Source of the DNA: an uncultured delta proteobacterium
GTDB lineage: Bacteria; Myxococcota_A; Polyangia; Polyangiales; Polyangiaceae
Length of the DNA: 64,000 nucleotides
Reading direction: 5' to 3'
NCBI GenBank assembly: GCA_963782055.1
Contig: CAWAIF010000003.1
Coordinates: 2,144,001 to 2,208,000, forward strand
Below, one piece after another: positions 29,137 to 40,979 of this stretch; position 1 is the stretch's first letter; every line of letters begins with the position of its first letter. Under the pieces are notes generated by a model. It saw nothing but the letters and a program-made list of their open reading frames with translations, was not told where the DNA came from and did not search any database. Both the position numbers and the translations under genes were made by a program.

Positions 29137-32100
29137 CTATCCCGCCTCGCCGGGCGGCGCACCCCACTCGCGCGCGAGGGCGAGGGTGCGCGCGCTCTCG
29201 GGCACCCGGAGGAAGCTCGCCCGGAAGGACTCGTCGCCGATCTTGGCGGCGCGGGCCAGGAGCCGCTCCTTCGCCGCGGTGATGGCCGACCGCGCGGCGT
29301 CCTCCTGCCCGGCGGCGCGCAGCGTCTCGGCGTGCACCAGGCGGATGAGCGTCTCGCCGTCCTCGGCGCCGCCGTCGAGGAGCCGGTTGGCACCGTCCGC
29401 CTCCTCGGCGGCCTCGGCCGCGCGGCCCTGCGCCAGCAGCACCGAGGCCAGCACCGCGCGCGCCACGCCGAGCAAGGGCGGGTTGCCGCCGAGGAGTCGC
29501 ACCCCCGCGTGGGCCTCCACCTCCGCGGAGGCGAGGTCGCCGGAGATCATCTGCATCTGCGCGAGGTACGCCCGCGACGCCCCCTCGATGCGCGGGTCCT
29601 CGATGACGCGCGCGACGTCCACCGCCCGCCGCGTCGCCGCCATCCCCTCCTCGAGCCTGCCCTGGTTCTTGAGGACGTTGCCCAGGTTGTGCAGCGCGTA
29701 GGCCTCGAGCATCGGGATGCCGGAGCGGTGCGACTCCGCCAGCACGCTGCGCAGCGTCTGCTCGGCGCGCTCGAAGTCGCCGAGCTCCGCGTACGCGTAA
29801 CCCAGGTTGGTCCGGTGCGAGAACATGTTGCGCACCTTGCCGAGGCGCTCGAACGCGGCCAGGCACTTCTCCGTCCGCACCACGAACTCCCCGAGATCGC
29901 CCCGGCCCAGGGCGCGCATCGCCACCAGCCAGCTCACCCACCCGCGCACCTCGTCGTCCGGCGAGTCGAAGTGGTGCTGCAGCATGCTCGCGATGGCGGC
30001 GTCCGCCTCGGCGAAGCGGCCCGCCTCGAGGAGCTGCGTGCACCCCCGCGAGACGCAGATCGCCTGCGCGTTGATGGCGTCGGGTCTGGGCGCGGTGCGC
30101 ATCGCCAGCTCCACGTACGGGCCGGCGGCGTCGAAGTCGTGCATGTACGCGCACGCCGCGATGTACTCGCCCACGGCCACGAACCACGCGACGCCGCCCC
30201 TGGGATGTCCGGCGATCGCCTGGAGGCTGTGGGCCGCGGCGTCGGCGTAGTGGCCGCGCCACCGCTGCGCCTCGGCCGCCAGCCCGTGTGCCGCGGCGGC
30301 CGTCGGCGGTTCGGGCGAGAGCGAGACGCACCGCTCGGCCAGCTCCACCGCCCGCGCGAGGTCGTTGCCCTCCATCGCTTGCGCCGCGGCGCGCAGGAAG
30401 TGGGGCGCCGCGCGGGAGGGCTCGTCGCCCCGGAAGAAGTGCTCGGCGAGGGAGGCCGCGTCGGTCGTCCCGCGCGCCTCCAGGAACTCGCCGGCCAGCC
30501 GGTGACCGAGCCGGCGGTCGTCGCCGGTGAGCATGGCGTACGCCGCCTCCCGCACCAGCGCGTGGCGGAACGCGTGGTCGTCGTCGCCGGAGGTCACGAC
30601 CATCTCCAGCTCGTGCAGCTTCAGCAGCTCTCGCCGCACCGTCTCCGCCGCGTCGTCCCCGCCGAGGAGCACCGCGACGCCCTCGCGCGTGAAGCGTTCG
30701 CCGAAGACGCTCGCGCCGCGCAGGACCCGGCGCGCCTCCTCGTTGAGCGTCCCGAGGCGCGCCTGCAGGGTGCCCAGCACCGACTCCGGCAGCTCCGCCA
30801 GGCCCGCCTCGGCGGCGCGCAGCAGCTCCTCCAGGAAGAAGGGGTTGCCCTGCGCACGCTCCACGATGCGCGCGGCCGTCTCGGGGTCCACCGACGCGCC
30901 GGCGGCGGCGCGCACCAGCTTCTCCGCGGCGGTGCGCGAGAGCGGAGCGAGCGGCACGGTCGTCGCCCCGCGCTCCGACCAGAGGCGAGGGAAGATGTCG
31001 TCCACGTCCGGCCGCGCCAGGGCGAGCACGAAGAGCGGTCGCTCGGCGAGGTTGCGCAGCGCCGCGTCGACGAACCGCACCGTCGGCAGGTCCCCCCAGT
31101 GCATGTCCTCCAGCACCAGCACCACCGGCGCGGCGTCGCACTCCGCCGCGAGCCAGTCCTCGAAGGCGTCGCGCATCAGCTCGCCCATCAGCCGGGCGTC
31201 CTGCCGCGCGGCCCGGAGCTTCTCGCTCGTGTCGTCGGGGAAGGGCACGCCCGCGAGCTCGCCGAGCATCGCCGCGACGTGGCGCGCGCGCGCCGCGTCC
31301 TTCACGCCGGCGGCGACGGCCTCCACCTTGGCGCGCTGCGCCTCCGGCGTGTCCGCCGGGGTCACCCCCGCCCGCCGCCTCACGGCGTCCAGCAGCGGCC
31401 CGAAGGCGGCGCCCTGCCGCATGACGTCGCAGCGGCCGAAGAGGACGGTGGGCGGCTCGTCGCGCGAGGCCAGGCGCGTGAGCAGCTCGCGGCGCACGCG
31501 CGACTTGCCCACGCCAGCGTGGGCGGTGACGATCGCCACCACCGCCTGCGGGTCCGACTCGCTCTTCTCGTAGAGCCCCTCCAGCATCGCGAGCTCGCGA
31601 TCTCGACCCACGCAGTCGGTGGGCTTGCCGAGCAGGGTGCGACCCGCCGCGGCCTCCGTCCGTCCGACGAGCATCCACCCCCGCTCCCCGCGGGAGAGCG
31701 CGAAGCCTGCGAGCAGCCCTTCGCTGATGCCGTGCAGCCGGATGGCCGGGGCGCGTGCCTCGTTGACGGCCTGGGCGACCGCGTCGATCACCGCACCCAC
31801 CGGCGTGGCCTCGCCCACCACCCCCAGCCCCATGGCGATCGCCATCGGCGAATCAGGCAGCACCTCGCGCAGAGCCAGGGCACAGCGCGCCGCGCGCGGC
31901 GCCTGGTCGGTCGGGATGCCCGCGCCCTGGAAGCTGGCGATCGCCGAGCCGTCGGCGAGGAAGGCGAGCGAGCCGCCGTGAGCGCCGACGACCTCCTCCA
32001 CGGCCCCGCGAAGGGCGGACGGCACCTCCTCGTCGGCCGCCGCTTCTCCGGCGTTGGCAGCCAGGATCACCCAGCACACGCGCCGCTCCATCCGCGTCAG

Positions 32101-32961
32101 CGAGGGCGCGGGCGGCGGCGCCGTCGCGACCGACGGGTCGCGCGTGGCCAGCGCGCCGAGCTCCTCGGCCAGCTCCCGCGCCGAGCGGGGCCGCTGCTTG
32201 CGGTCCTTGGCGAGCAGGCGCATCACCACGTCGTCCAGCGCGGCGGGCACGCCGGGCGCCACCTCGCGCAGCCGCGGGGGGTCGTCCAGCAGGATCTTGG
32301 CGAGCACCGCCGTCGCGTCGCGCGCGGCGAACGTCCGCCGCCCGGCGACGGCCTCGTAGAGCACGCACCCGAGCGAGAAGAGGTCGGTGCGGGCGTCGAC
32401 CTCCTTGCTGCCCAGCGCCTGCTCGGGGGACATGTACGCGCACGAGCCGACAATCATGCCGGTGCGCGTGAGCCCGAGCGCTTCTCGCGCGCGCCTCGCC
32501 ACGCCGAAGTCCACGAGCACGACGGCCTCCGCCGTGCCCCCCGGCAGCACCAGGTTGGAGGGCTTCACGTCGCGGTGCACCACCCCCGCCGCGTGCGCCA
32601 CCGCCAGGGCCGCGGCGACCCGCGCCCCCAGCTTCGCCGCCTCCTCCGGGCGCAGCGCGCCGGTGCGCAGCACCGCGGAGAGGGTGGCGCCCTCCAGCCA
32701 CTGCATGGCGAGGAAGGGCTGGCCCGACGCGGTCGCGCCCTCCGCCAGGTAGCGAACGATCGCCGGGTGCTCCAGCGTTCGAAGGATCGCCGCCTCCCGC
32801 ACGAAGCGGTCCCGGCTCGCCGCGTCCGGGTGGGTGAGGACCTTGAGGGCCACCGTCTCGCCGGTGTCCCGGTCCAGCGCGCGGAAGACCCGGCCCATCC
32901 CCCCGACGCCTGCTTCGCGCTCGATGAGATACCGCCCCGCGATGGTGTCACCCACCCGCAC
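29137..32961 (-). CDS. Ser/Thr protein kinase fused to degenerate cyclase-like, AAA ATPase and TPR regions
   Basis: GVGGMG, VALK, HRDVKPSN, DFG, YMSPEQ; then VGRDREL, AGVGKS (Walker A), LEDMHW, GNPFF; TPR C-terminus. Confidence 0.95.
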   Translation of the reverse strand: MRVGDTIAGRYLIEREAGVGGMGRVFRALDRDTGETVALKVLTHPDAASRDRFVREAAILRTLEHPAIVRYLAEGATASGQPFLAMQWLEGATLSAVLRTGALRPEEAAKLGARVAAALAVAHAAGVVHRDVKPSNLVLPGGTAEAVVLVDFGVARRAREALGLTRTGMIVGSCAYMSPEQALGSKEVDARTDLFSLGCVLYEAVAGRRTFAARDATAVLAKILLDDPPRLREVAPGVPAALDDVVMRLLAKDRKQRPRSARELAEELGALATRDPSVATAPPPAPSLTRMERRVCWVILAANAGEAAADEEVPSALRGAVEEVVGAHGGSLAFLADGSAIASFQGAGIPTDQAPRAARCALALREVLPDSPMAIAMGLGVVGEATPVGAVIDAVAQAVNEARAPAIRLHGISEGLLAGFALSRGERGWMLVGRTEAAAGRTLLGKPTDCVGRDRELAMLEGLYEKSESDPQAVVAIVTAHAGVGKSRVRRELLTRLASRDEPPTVLFGRCDVMRQGAAFGPLLDAVRRRAGVTPADTPEAQRAKVEAVAAGVKDAARARHVAAMLGELAGVPFPDDTSEKLRAARQDARLMGELMRDAFEDWLAAECDAAPVVLVLEDMHWGDLPTVRFVDAALRNLAERPLFVLALARPDVDDIFPRLWSERGATTVPLAPLSRTAAEKLVRAAAGASVDPETAARIVERAQGNPFFLEELLRAAEAGLAELPESVLGTLQARLGTLNEEARRVLRGASVFGERFTREGVAVLLGGDDAAETVRRELLKLHELEMVVTSGDDDHAFRHALVREAAYAMLTGDDRRLGHRLAGEFLEARGTTDAASLAEHFFRGDEPSRAAPHFLRAAAQAMEGNDLARAVELAERCVSLSPEPPTAAAAHGLAAEAQRWRGHYADAAAHSLQAIAGHPRGGVAWFVAVGEYIAACAYMHDFDAAGPYVELAMRTAPRPDAINAQAICVSRGCTQLLEAGRFAEADAAIASMLQHHFDSPDDEVRGWVSWLVAMRALGRGDLGEFVVRTEKCLAAFERLGKVRNMFSHRTNLGYAYAELGDFERAEQTLRSVLAESHRSGIPMLEAYALHNLGNVLKNQGRLEEGMAATRRAVDVARVIEDPRIEGASRAYLAQMQMISGDLASAEVEAHAGVRLLGGNPPLLGVARAVLASVLLAQGRAAEAAEEADGANRLLDGGAEDGETLIRLVHAETLRAAGQEDAARSAITAAKERLLARAAKIGDESFRASFLRVPESARTLALAREWGAPPGEAG

Positions 32962-33005
32962 CTTCCCAGTATCCGGCCGGCCGCGAGCGTCGTAAAGGGA
33001 CGGAC

Positions 33006-33587
33006 GTGCGCACGCTCCTCTTCGTTCGCCACGGGCAGTACCACGAGACCAGCACAGGCATGCTGACGGCGCTCGGGCGCGAGCAGGCGCGGCGCACCGG
33101 TCGCGCTCTCACCCGGGACGCGCCGCAGCTCATCTGGACGAGCACGCTCCCGCGCGCGCTGGAGACCGCGGCGATCCTGGCCGAAGCGCTCCCGGGCGTG
33201 GCCGTGCGGCGCACTCCGCTGCTGCGCGAGGTCGTCCCCACGCGGCTCCCCGCCCGCCACAGCCTCGGCCTGTCCCCGGCGGACATCCGCGCCGATCGCG
33301 AGCGCGCCGACCGAGCGTTCGAGCGCCTCGTGCGGCCCTCGTCCCGGCCGCGGGTCGAGGCGGTGGTCTGCCACGGCAACCTCATCCGCTACCTGGTCTG
33401 CCGGGCGATGCGCGTCCGGGCCGGTGCGTGGACGCGCCTGGACTCTCTCCACTGCGGCATCACCGCGATGCGGGTGCTCTCCAGCGGCGCCGTGCGCGTC
33501 ACGTCCTACAACGACACGCGCCACCTGCCGCCGCGCCTGCGCACGATGAGCATGGTCGTGCGGGTCCGGGCGGCGGGCGTCAGGTGA
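33006..33587 (+). CDS. Histidine phosphatase superfamily protein, PGAM5-like
   Basis: VRHGQY, LTALGREQA, STLPRALETA, LLRE, VCHGNLIRYLVCRAM, NDTRHLP. Confidence 0.88.
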   Translation: MRTLLFVRHGQYHETSTGMLTALGREQARRTGRALTRDAPQLIWTSTLPRALETAAILAEALPGVAVRRTPLLREVVPTRLPARHSLGLSPADIRADRERADRAFERLVRPSSRPRVEAVVCHGNLIRYLVCRAMRVRAGAWTRLDSLHCGITAMRVLSSGAVRVTSYNDTRHLPPRLRTMSMVVRVRAAGVR

Positions 33588-34272
33588 AGGGGCGGAGCAG
33601 GACCACCGTCACCCGGTCGCGGGCGGTCTGGTAGAAGGTCTGCTCCGCCGCGCGCGTGCGCTCCACCGCGAGCCAGCGGGCGAGATCGTCCCGGCACTGG
33701 TCGTACGGGATGCGCCGGAAGGGGTGCGCGCTGGTCCGGTACACCTGCCGGAGCTGCTCGTCGGTGGGAAAGAGCACGGGGGTGATGCCGCGCTCGACGT
33801 AGAGCGCGGCGCGCGCCTTCCGGCGGAGCACCACCTCGACCTCCGAGCTGGAGATGCCTTCGGCGTCGGCGGCCCGCGCGAACGCGGCCTCGCCGCCGGT
33901 ACGCTGCGCGAGCGACTGCCGGAAGATGTCGGCGACACGCCCGACCGTCGCCTCGTCCGGCTCCTGATCCAGCGGGCGGTAGGCGAGCATCTCCTCCACC
34001 ACGTGCTGATCCAGCGCCGCGCGCAGATCGCGCTCGGCGTAGCCCTTGGAGGTGGGGTCCTCCTCCAGCGCGACGAGGCGCGCCTCGAACGCGAGGGTGC
34101 GCGCGGTGATGAAGAGCGGCCGGGAGGGGCCGCCCGTCTCCGGCGCGTAGAAGCGCACGGCGACGCCGTCGACCACGGCGGCGCGCGCCGGGGCGTCCGC
34201 GTGCGCGGTCGGTCCGGCGGCGGCCGCCGCGCCGGCGAGGGCGAGGACGAGCGCCGCCGCCCCCCGCCTCAC
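33580..34272 (-). CDS. Secreted hypothetical protein (SurA N-terminal-like helical)
   Basis: Signal peptide AHA-D, VVDGVAVR, helical body. GTGA overlap with the upstream gene. Confidence 0.7.
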   Translation of the reverse strand: MRRGAAALVLALAGAAAAAGPTAHADAPARAAVVDGVAVRFYAPETGGPSRPLFITARTLAFEARLVALEEDPTSKGYAERDLRAALDQHVVEEMLAYRPLDQEPDEATVGRVADIFRQSLAQRTGGEAAFARAADAEGISSSEVEVVLRRKARAALYVERGITPVLFPTDEQLRQVYRTSAHPFRRIPYDQCRDDLARWLAVERTRAAEQTFYQTARDRVTVVLLRPFT

Positions 34273-35042
34273 GAGGGGGTGGACTCCGGCGGGTCCGGGA
34301 CGCGCCGCGAGGACTCGGTCGCGTGGGCCTCCCGCTCCTGCTGCAGGTGCTCGTGGTGGTGCGCGAAGCCGCGCGCCGCGCGGCGCGCCTTCAAGAACTC
34401 GGCGAAGGAGACGAGCACGTCCAGGTCGCGCGGGCCGAGCGCCTCCCCCAGCTCGCGCAGGTGGGCGCGGCTGGCCTCCGCGCTGCGGGCGCGCCGCCCG
34501 CTGGAGGACTTGGGCGCCTCGTCCGGCGAGGCGGAGGAAGGCGCCACGCTCTCCGGGGAGGAGTCACGGTCCGACTCGGCCCACTGCGGCCGCGCGACGG
34601 CGCGGATCGCGTGCGCGTTGAGCCACGCCTCCATGAAGGCGCGGAGCCGCTCGCTGCGGAAGGTGAACCAGCGCTCCCGCTCCGGGCCGTAGGACATGAG
34701 CACGTCCTTGAAGCGGCGGAAGGCGCCCTTGCCATCGATGGCGGAGGTGAGCTTGCCGCGCAGGTCGGCGTCCTCCACCATCGGGATGAAGCGCTCCATC
34801 CAGCGGTACTGCTCGCGCGAGCTCACCGGATCGATGCGCAGGTAGTTGGTGTCCGAGGCGATGCGCACGTGCATCTGGGGGTCCGCGACGCCGTCGACGA
34901 CGCGCAGGACCTCGCCGGTCGTCAGGTGCAGGTAACTGTGCACCTCCGGCGCGTTGTTCTCGAAGGCGTCCTCGAGTGCTTCCCAGTCGACCGGGACGTC
35001 ACGGGGCGTGGCGGAGCTCTCCGCCGATTCGGTGTCGTTCAC
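34269..35042 (-). CDS. UPF0158 family protein
   Basis: VDWEALEDAF, YLHLTTGEV, YRWMERF, AIDGKGAFRRFKDVL, ERERWF. GGAAGGGAG RBS before GTG 35042. Confidence 0.88.
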   Translation of the reverse strand: MNDTESAESSATPRDVPVDWEALEDAFENNAPEVHSYLHLTTGEVLRVVDGVADPQMHVRIASDTNYLRIDPVSSREQYRWMERFIPMVEDADLRGKLTSAIDGKGAFRRFKDVLMSYGPERERWFTFRSERLRAFMEAWLNAHAIRAVARPQWAESDRDSSPESVAPSSASPDEAPKSSSGRRARSAEASRAHLRELGEALGPRDLDVLVSFAEFLKARRAARGFAHHHEHLQQEREAHATESSRRVPDPPESTPS

Positions 35043-35184
35043 AGCACTGCTCCCTTCCGTCGAGACAGGCGACCCGCTCCCGGGCTTGGGATGGTGGTGC
35101 CGCGGGCTGGGCGGAACCACCAGGTTGCCGGCTCGACAAGCCGAAAAGACGAAACTTACATCTAAGATGGCACGTCGAGCGTCA

Positions 35185-36756
<1,572 letters not shown>

Positions 36757-38574
36757 TCAGCGCAGGCGCGGCCGGGAGAAGATGGACGAGCCGAGGAAGA
36801 GGATGCCCGCCACCACGCCCGCGCCGATGAACCAGCGCCCGGTGTCGTCCTCGCCGTGGAAGTGGAGCTGCAGCGCCGCGTAGCCCGACGCCACGCCGAC
36901 GGCCGCGTAGATCACCTGGCGGCCGACCACGTACAGGGTGCGCGCGCCCTCCTGCACGCCCTTGACGCGCACCTCCAGCTCGCCGCGTGTCGCGCGCGTC
37001 AGGTACTTGCGCAGGTCCTCGGGGAGGGTGACGGCGCTGAGCGCCATGTCGCGCACCGTCTCCATGGCCACCTGCTGCCAGTCGCGGTTGCCCAGGACGA
37101 AGTCCTGCAGGTAAGGCTGGATGATCGCCATCGGGTTGAGCTCGGGGTCGAGCACGGTGCAGCAGCCGTAGAGGAGCAGCAGCGTGCGCTCCAGGAGCAC
37201 CCAGTCCTTCGGGATGTGAAAGGCGCCGGAGAGCTCCTTGAGCCCGATGTTCATCTTGCGCAGGTCGAGGAGGTTCTCGAAGCCGCGCTGCGGGTCGATC
37301 TTGATGTCCTTGAGGTTGAAGCTCTCCAGCTTCACCTCTTCCTGGAACTTGCGGTGGAAGTACTCGACGATCTTCTCCGAGACCTGATCGTCCGCCATGC
37401 GCGAGAGGAAGCCCATCTTGCGCAGCGCCTTGATGATGCCCTCGGTGTCGCGGCGCAGGACGCCCTCGAGGAACTCCGGGATGCCGTCCCGCATCTGCGG
37501 GGAGAGCTCCGCCACCGCGCCGAAGTCGAGCAGCACCAGCGAGCCGTCCGCCTGCACCAGCACGTTCCCGGGGTGCGGGTCGGCGTGGTAGATGCCGTCG
37601 ACGAAGATCATCTGGCAGTACGCGCGCACCAGGCGGCTGGCGAGGTCCTTCTTGTCGAGGCCCATCGCGTCGATGGCCGCCACGTCGCCGATCTTCACCC
37701 CCTCCACGAAGGTGGTGGTGAGGACGCGCTGGGTGGACAGCTCCCGGATGGGCGTGGGGAAGACGATGCGCGCGTCGTCGGTGAAGTGCCGGGAGATGCG
37801 CTCGATGTTGTCGGCCTCGCGGCTGAAGTCGAGCTCCTCCGAGAGCAGCCCCTTGATCTGGTGGTAGTAGGCGTCCAGCCCCTGCACCGGCACGAACCAC
37901 TGCACGATCGCCATGATGCGGCGGATGGTGATGAGATCGACGCGCACCACCTCGTCGATGTCCTTGTGCTGGACCTTCACCGCCACGCGCAGGCCCTCGC
38001 GCGTGCGCGCCTCGTGCACCTGGCCGAGCGACGCGCTGGCGATGGGCGCCCGATGGAACTCGGCGAAGAGGTCGTCCACCTTCCCGCCCAGCTCGCTCTG
38101 GATGCGCTGGGCGATCTCCTCGAAGGGGCGCGGCGGTACCTGGTCCTGCAGCCCCTCCAGCTCCGCGCGGAAGGCCTCGGGCAGGAAGTTCGCCATGATC
38201 GAGAGGAGCTGCCCCACCTTGATGAAGAGGCCCTGCAGCTCCAGGATCGTCGCGTTGACGAGGGCCGCGTTGCGCCGGTGCACCTCCGCGATGCGCTGCT
38301 TGCGCCACGCGTCGCCGAGCAGCCGCGACCAGAAGGCGAGCCAGACGTAGCTGCCGATGACCTGGAAGGTGGTGAAGTACGCGCGGAGGAAGCGCCAGGT
38401 GTTGGTGGCGCGCGGCCGGTACTGCACCACGGGCGGCGCGGGGGGCCCCGGCGCGGCCATCGGCGCGGTGGGGGAGGGCTCGGCGACCGCCAGCGACGCG
38501 GCGGGGTGCGGCCCGCTCGCCGGCCCCTCCGCCGGAGGCGGCTCCTGCTCCTTCGCCAGCTCGGGCTCGGCCAT
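36757..38574 (-). CDS. ABC1/UbiB/AarF family atypical kinase
   Basis: FIKVGQLLS, LQDQVPP, PIASASLGQVH, VAVKVQ, ELDF..EA, YHADPHPGN, LLDFG. Confidence 0.95.
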   Translation of the reverse strand: MAEPELAKEQEPPPAEGPASGPHPAASLAVAEPSPTAPMAAPGPPAPPVVQYRPRATNTWRFLRAYFTTFQVIGSYVWLAFWSRLLGDAWRKQRIAEVHRRNAALVNATILELQGLFIKVGQLLSIMANFLPEAFRAELEGLQDQVPPRPFEEIAQRIQSELGGKVDDLFAEFHRAPIASASLGQVHEARTREGLRVAVKVQHKDIDEVVRVDLITIRRIMAIVQWFVPVQGLDAYYHQIKGLLSEELDFSREADNIERISRHFTDDARIVFPTPIRELSTQRVLTTTFVEGVKIGDVAAIDAMGLDKKDLASRLVRAYCQMIFVDGIYHADPHPGNVLVQADGSLVLLDFGAVAELSPQMRDGIPEFLEGVLRRDTEGIIKALRKMGFLSRMADDQVSEKIVEYFHRKFQEEVKLESFNLKDIKIDPQRGFENLLDLRKMNIGLKELSGAFHIPKDWVLLERTLLLLYGCCTVLDPELNPMAIIQPYLQDFVLGNRDWQQVAMETVRDMALSAVTLPEDLRKYLTRATRGELEVRVKGVQEGARTLYVVGRQVIYAAVGVASGYAALQLHFHGEDDTGRWFIGAGVVAGILFLGSSIFSRPRLR

Positions 38575-38648
38575 GCCCCAAGCCTAGTGCACCGCCGCGG
38601 CGGCGGCGACTCTTCGACGCCGCGCGCCGCGGGCTCCGGCCGGGGGCG

Positions 38649-39725
38649 CTACGCCACGGCGAGCGCCGCCCGCGCCAGCGCGTCGTGGGCGCGCGGCCGG
38701 GCCTCCCGGATCGCCACATTTTCGCGTGTAGGATGCACGCGATTGGTCAGGACGGCGGCGATCACCTCCGCGTCGGGGTCGATCCAGAAGCTGGTCCCGG
38801 TGAACCCCAGGTGCCCGAAGCTCCGCGGCCCGAGCACCGTCCCGGCCGACGACCCCTCCGCGCTCTTGCCGTCGAAGCCGGCGCGCAGGGTCCCGCCCGG
38901 GCGGTCGCGCACCAGCCAGGCGAGGTCCCCCGCCAGCGGCGACGACCGGCCGGCGACGGCGTCGAGCACCGCCTCGGCGAAGCGGAGCACCGCGCCGATC
39001 TTGCCGAAGAGGCCCGCGTGCCCGCACGCGCCCTCCGCCGCGATGGCCCACGCGTTCTCGTCGTGCACGCGCCCGCGCACCTCCCCGCCGCGCCACGGCG
39101 CGATCTCGGTGGGCGCCGCGCGCCGCACGAGGTCGATGCCCTGCGCTTCGAGGTCGCGCGCGCAGCCGAGCACGGCGCCCAGCCCCAGCGGGTCGATGAC
39201 CAGGTCGCGCATGGCGCCCGAGGCGTCGGTCTCCTGGCGCGTCCGCGCGAGGGCCGCGCCGGCGAGGAGGTAGCCGAGGTCGCTGTAGACCGGCGCCGCC
39301 GGCAGCGCCGGCGCGTCCTCCCGCCGCGCGCACGCCGCCTCCCGCAGCGCCGCCGGGACGTCGACCGCGCCGCCGAGCAGGAGGGGCGCGAAGAGGGGAA
39401 GGTGCGAGGCCAGCCCCGCGCGGTGCGCGAGCAAGAGCTCGACCGGCGTCTCCTCGCTGGGCGTCCCCCGCGCCTCCTCGAGCAGCCCCCCAAGGGGCAT
39501 CTCCCGCGTGATCCCGCTGCGGGCGAAGGCCACGGCGAAGATCGGCTTGGTCAGGCTGGCGAGGTCGTAGAAGAGCCCGGCCCGTCCGCCCACTGCCCGC
39601 TGCCACTCCCCGCCCCGCCGGGACGAAAAACCTGCGGCCGCGGCGGGCGCCACCCCGCGCGCCTCGAGCTCTGCCGCCACCTGATCACAGGTCTCCTCGC
39701 CGGTCATCCATCCCTTTTTGACCAA
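38649..39725 (-). CDS. Serine hydrolase, beta-lactamase class C-like (start may be 39707)
   Basis: DLASLTK (SxxK), LLAHRAGL, YSDLGY, GRVHDENA, GHAGLF, GHLGFTGT. Confidence 0.9.
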   Translation of the reverse strand: MVKKGWMTGEETCDQVAAELEARGVAPAAAAGFSSRRGGEWQRAVGGRAGLFYDLASLTKPIFAVAFARSGITREMPLGGLLEEARGTPSEETPVELLLAHRAGLASHLPLFAPLLLGGAVDVPAALREAACARREDAPALPAAPVYSDLGYLLAGAALARTRQETDASGAMRDLVIDPLGLGAVLGCARDLEAQGIDLVRRAAPTEIAPWRGGEVRGRVHDENAWAIAAEGACGHAGLFGKIGAVLRFAEAVLDAVAGRSSPLAGDLAWLVRDRPGGTLRAGFDGKSAEGSSAGTVLGPRSFGHLGFTGTSFWIDPDAEVIAAVLTNRVHPTRENVAIREARPRAHDALARAALAVA

Positions 39726-39755
39726 GAGCGACGAAAGACGCTAACTTTATGCGAT

Positions 39756-40976
39756 ATGGCCGAGTGGCTGTGGGAAGCGCGCGCCCCCGGGGGAGAGGTC
39801 CGGAAGGGATCCATGGAGGCCGACTCCGAGGACATGGTCCAGAGTCGTCTGCGCGCGCAGCGCCTGATGCCCACGAAGGTGAAGAAGAAGGGCATCTCCA
39901 TCAAGCTGGGGAAGATCTCCTTCGGCAGCGGCGTCGGGCAGAAGGACCTCGTCACCTTCACGCGCCTGCTCGCCACCATGATCGACGCCGGCCTGCCCAT
40001 CGTGCAGTGCCTCGACATCCTGCAGAACCAGACCGACAACAAGGCGTTCTCCGGCATCATCAATGACGTCAAGTCGCAGGTCGAGCAGGGCAAGACCTTC
40101 AGCGAGGCCCTCTCGCGTCACGGCTCCGTCTTCGACACCCTCTACTGCAACCTCGTCCAGGCGGGCGAGGCGGGCGGCATCCTGGACACCATCCTGCAGC
40201 GACTCGCCGTCTACAACGAGAAGAACGCGAAGCTGAAGCGGCAGCTGCGCGGCGCGATGGTCTACCCGAGCATCGTCCTCACCGTCTTCTTCGGCGTGTG
40301 CGGCATCCTGCTCGGCTGGGTCATCCCCTCCTTCAAGAACATCTTCAAGGACCTCGGCTCCAAGGACGACCTGCCCAAGCTCACCTCCGTCGTCATCAAG
40401 GTGTCGGAGGGCTTCATCAGCGGCCTGCCCATCATCATCCCGCTGCTCATCGCCTCGATCGTCGGCTTCATCTACGCGTACCGCGTGCCCAAGTTCAAGC
40501 GGGCGGTGCACAAGATCCTGCTGCGCGTGCCCATCATCGGCAACGTCATCCGCAAGATCGCCGTCGCCCGCTTCACGCGCACCCTCGGCACCCTGCTCTC
40601 CTCCGGCGTGCCCATCCTGGACGCGATGGACATCGTCGCCCGCACCGCCGGCAACATGATCATCGAGGAGGCGATCCAGTACGCCCGCACCAAGATCAGC
40701 GAGGGCCGCAACATGGCCGAGCCGCTGATGGAGGCGAACGTCTTCCCGCCGATGGTCGTGCAGATGGTCGGCGTCGGCGAGCAGACCGGCGCGCTGGACG
40801 CCATGCTCAACAAGATCGCCGACTTCTACGAGGAGGAGGTCGACGTCGCCGTGGCCGCGCTGACGAGCATGATCGAGCCGGTGATGATGGTGGGCATCGG
40901 CAGCGTCGTCGGCACGGTGCTCCTCGCCATGTACCTGCCGATCTTCTCGCTCGCGGGCAAGATCAAGTCCGAGTGA
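39756..40976 (+). CDS. pilC: Type IV pilus inner-membrane platform protein PilC (T2SS F family)
   Basis: FTRLLATMIDAGLPI, AGEAGGILD, AMVYP, RFTRTLGTLLSSGVPIL, VGEQTGALD, AMYLPIF. Confidence 0.95.
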   Translation: MAEWLWEARAPGGEVRKGSMEADSEDMVQSRLRAQRLMPTKVKKKGISIKLGKISFGSGVGQKDLVTFTRLLATMIDAGLPIVQCLDILQNQTDNKAFSGIINDVKSQVEQGKTFSEALSRHGSVFDTLYCNLVQAGEAGGILDTILQRLAVYNEKNAKLKRQLRGAMVYPSIVLTVFFGVCGILLGWVIPSFKNIFKDLGSKDDLPKLTSVVIKVSEGFISGLPIIIPLLIASIVGFIYAYRVPKFKRAVHKILLRVPIIGNVIRKIAVARFTRTLGTLLSSGVPILDAMDIVARTAGNMIIEEAIQYARTKISEGRNMAEPLMEANVFPPMVVQMVGVGEQTGALDAMLNKIADFYEEEVDVAVAALTSMIEPVMMVGIGSVVGTVLLAMYLPIFSLAGKIKSE

Positions 40977-40979
40977 GCG

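Noticed and set aside
27095..31678. 1527-aa ORF ending in the BMP domain
   Set aside because: Only the last ~341 aa are real. The upstream part is an off-frame read-through over the CDF and kinase genes.
28174..33066. Very long antisense or alternative-frame ORFs (e.g. 28174-33066 +, 21003-24128 -, 36214-39273 +, 61797-63941 -)
   Set aside because: Shadow ORFs expected in high-GC DNA. They are Arg/Gly/Ala-rich without motifs and overlap well-supported genes.
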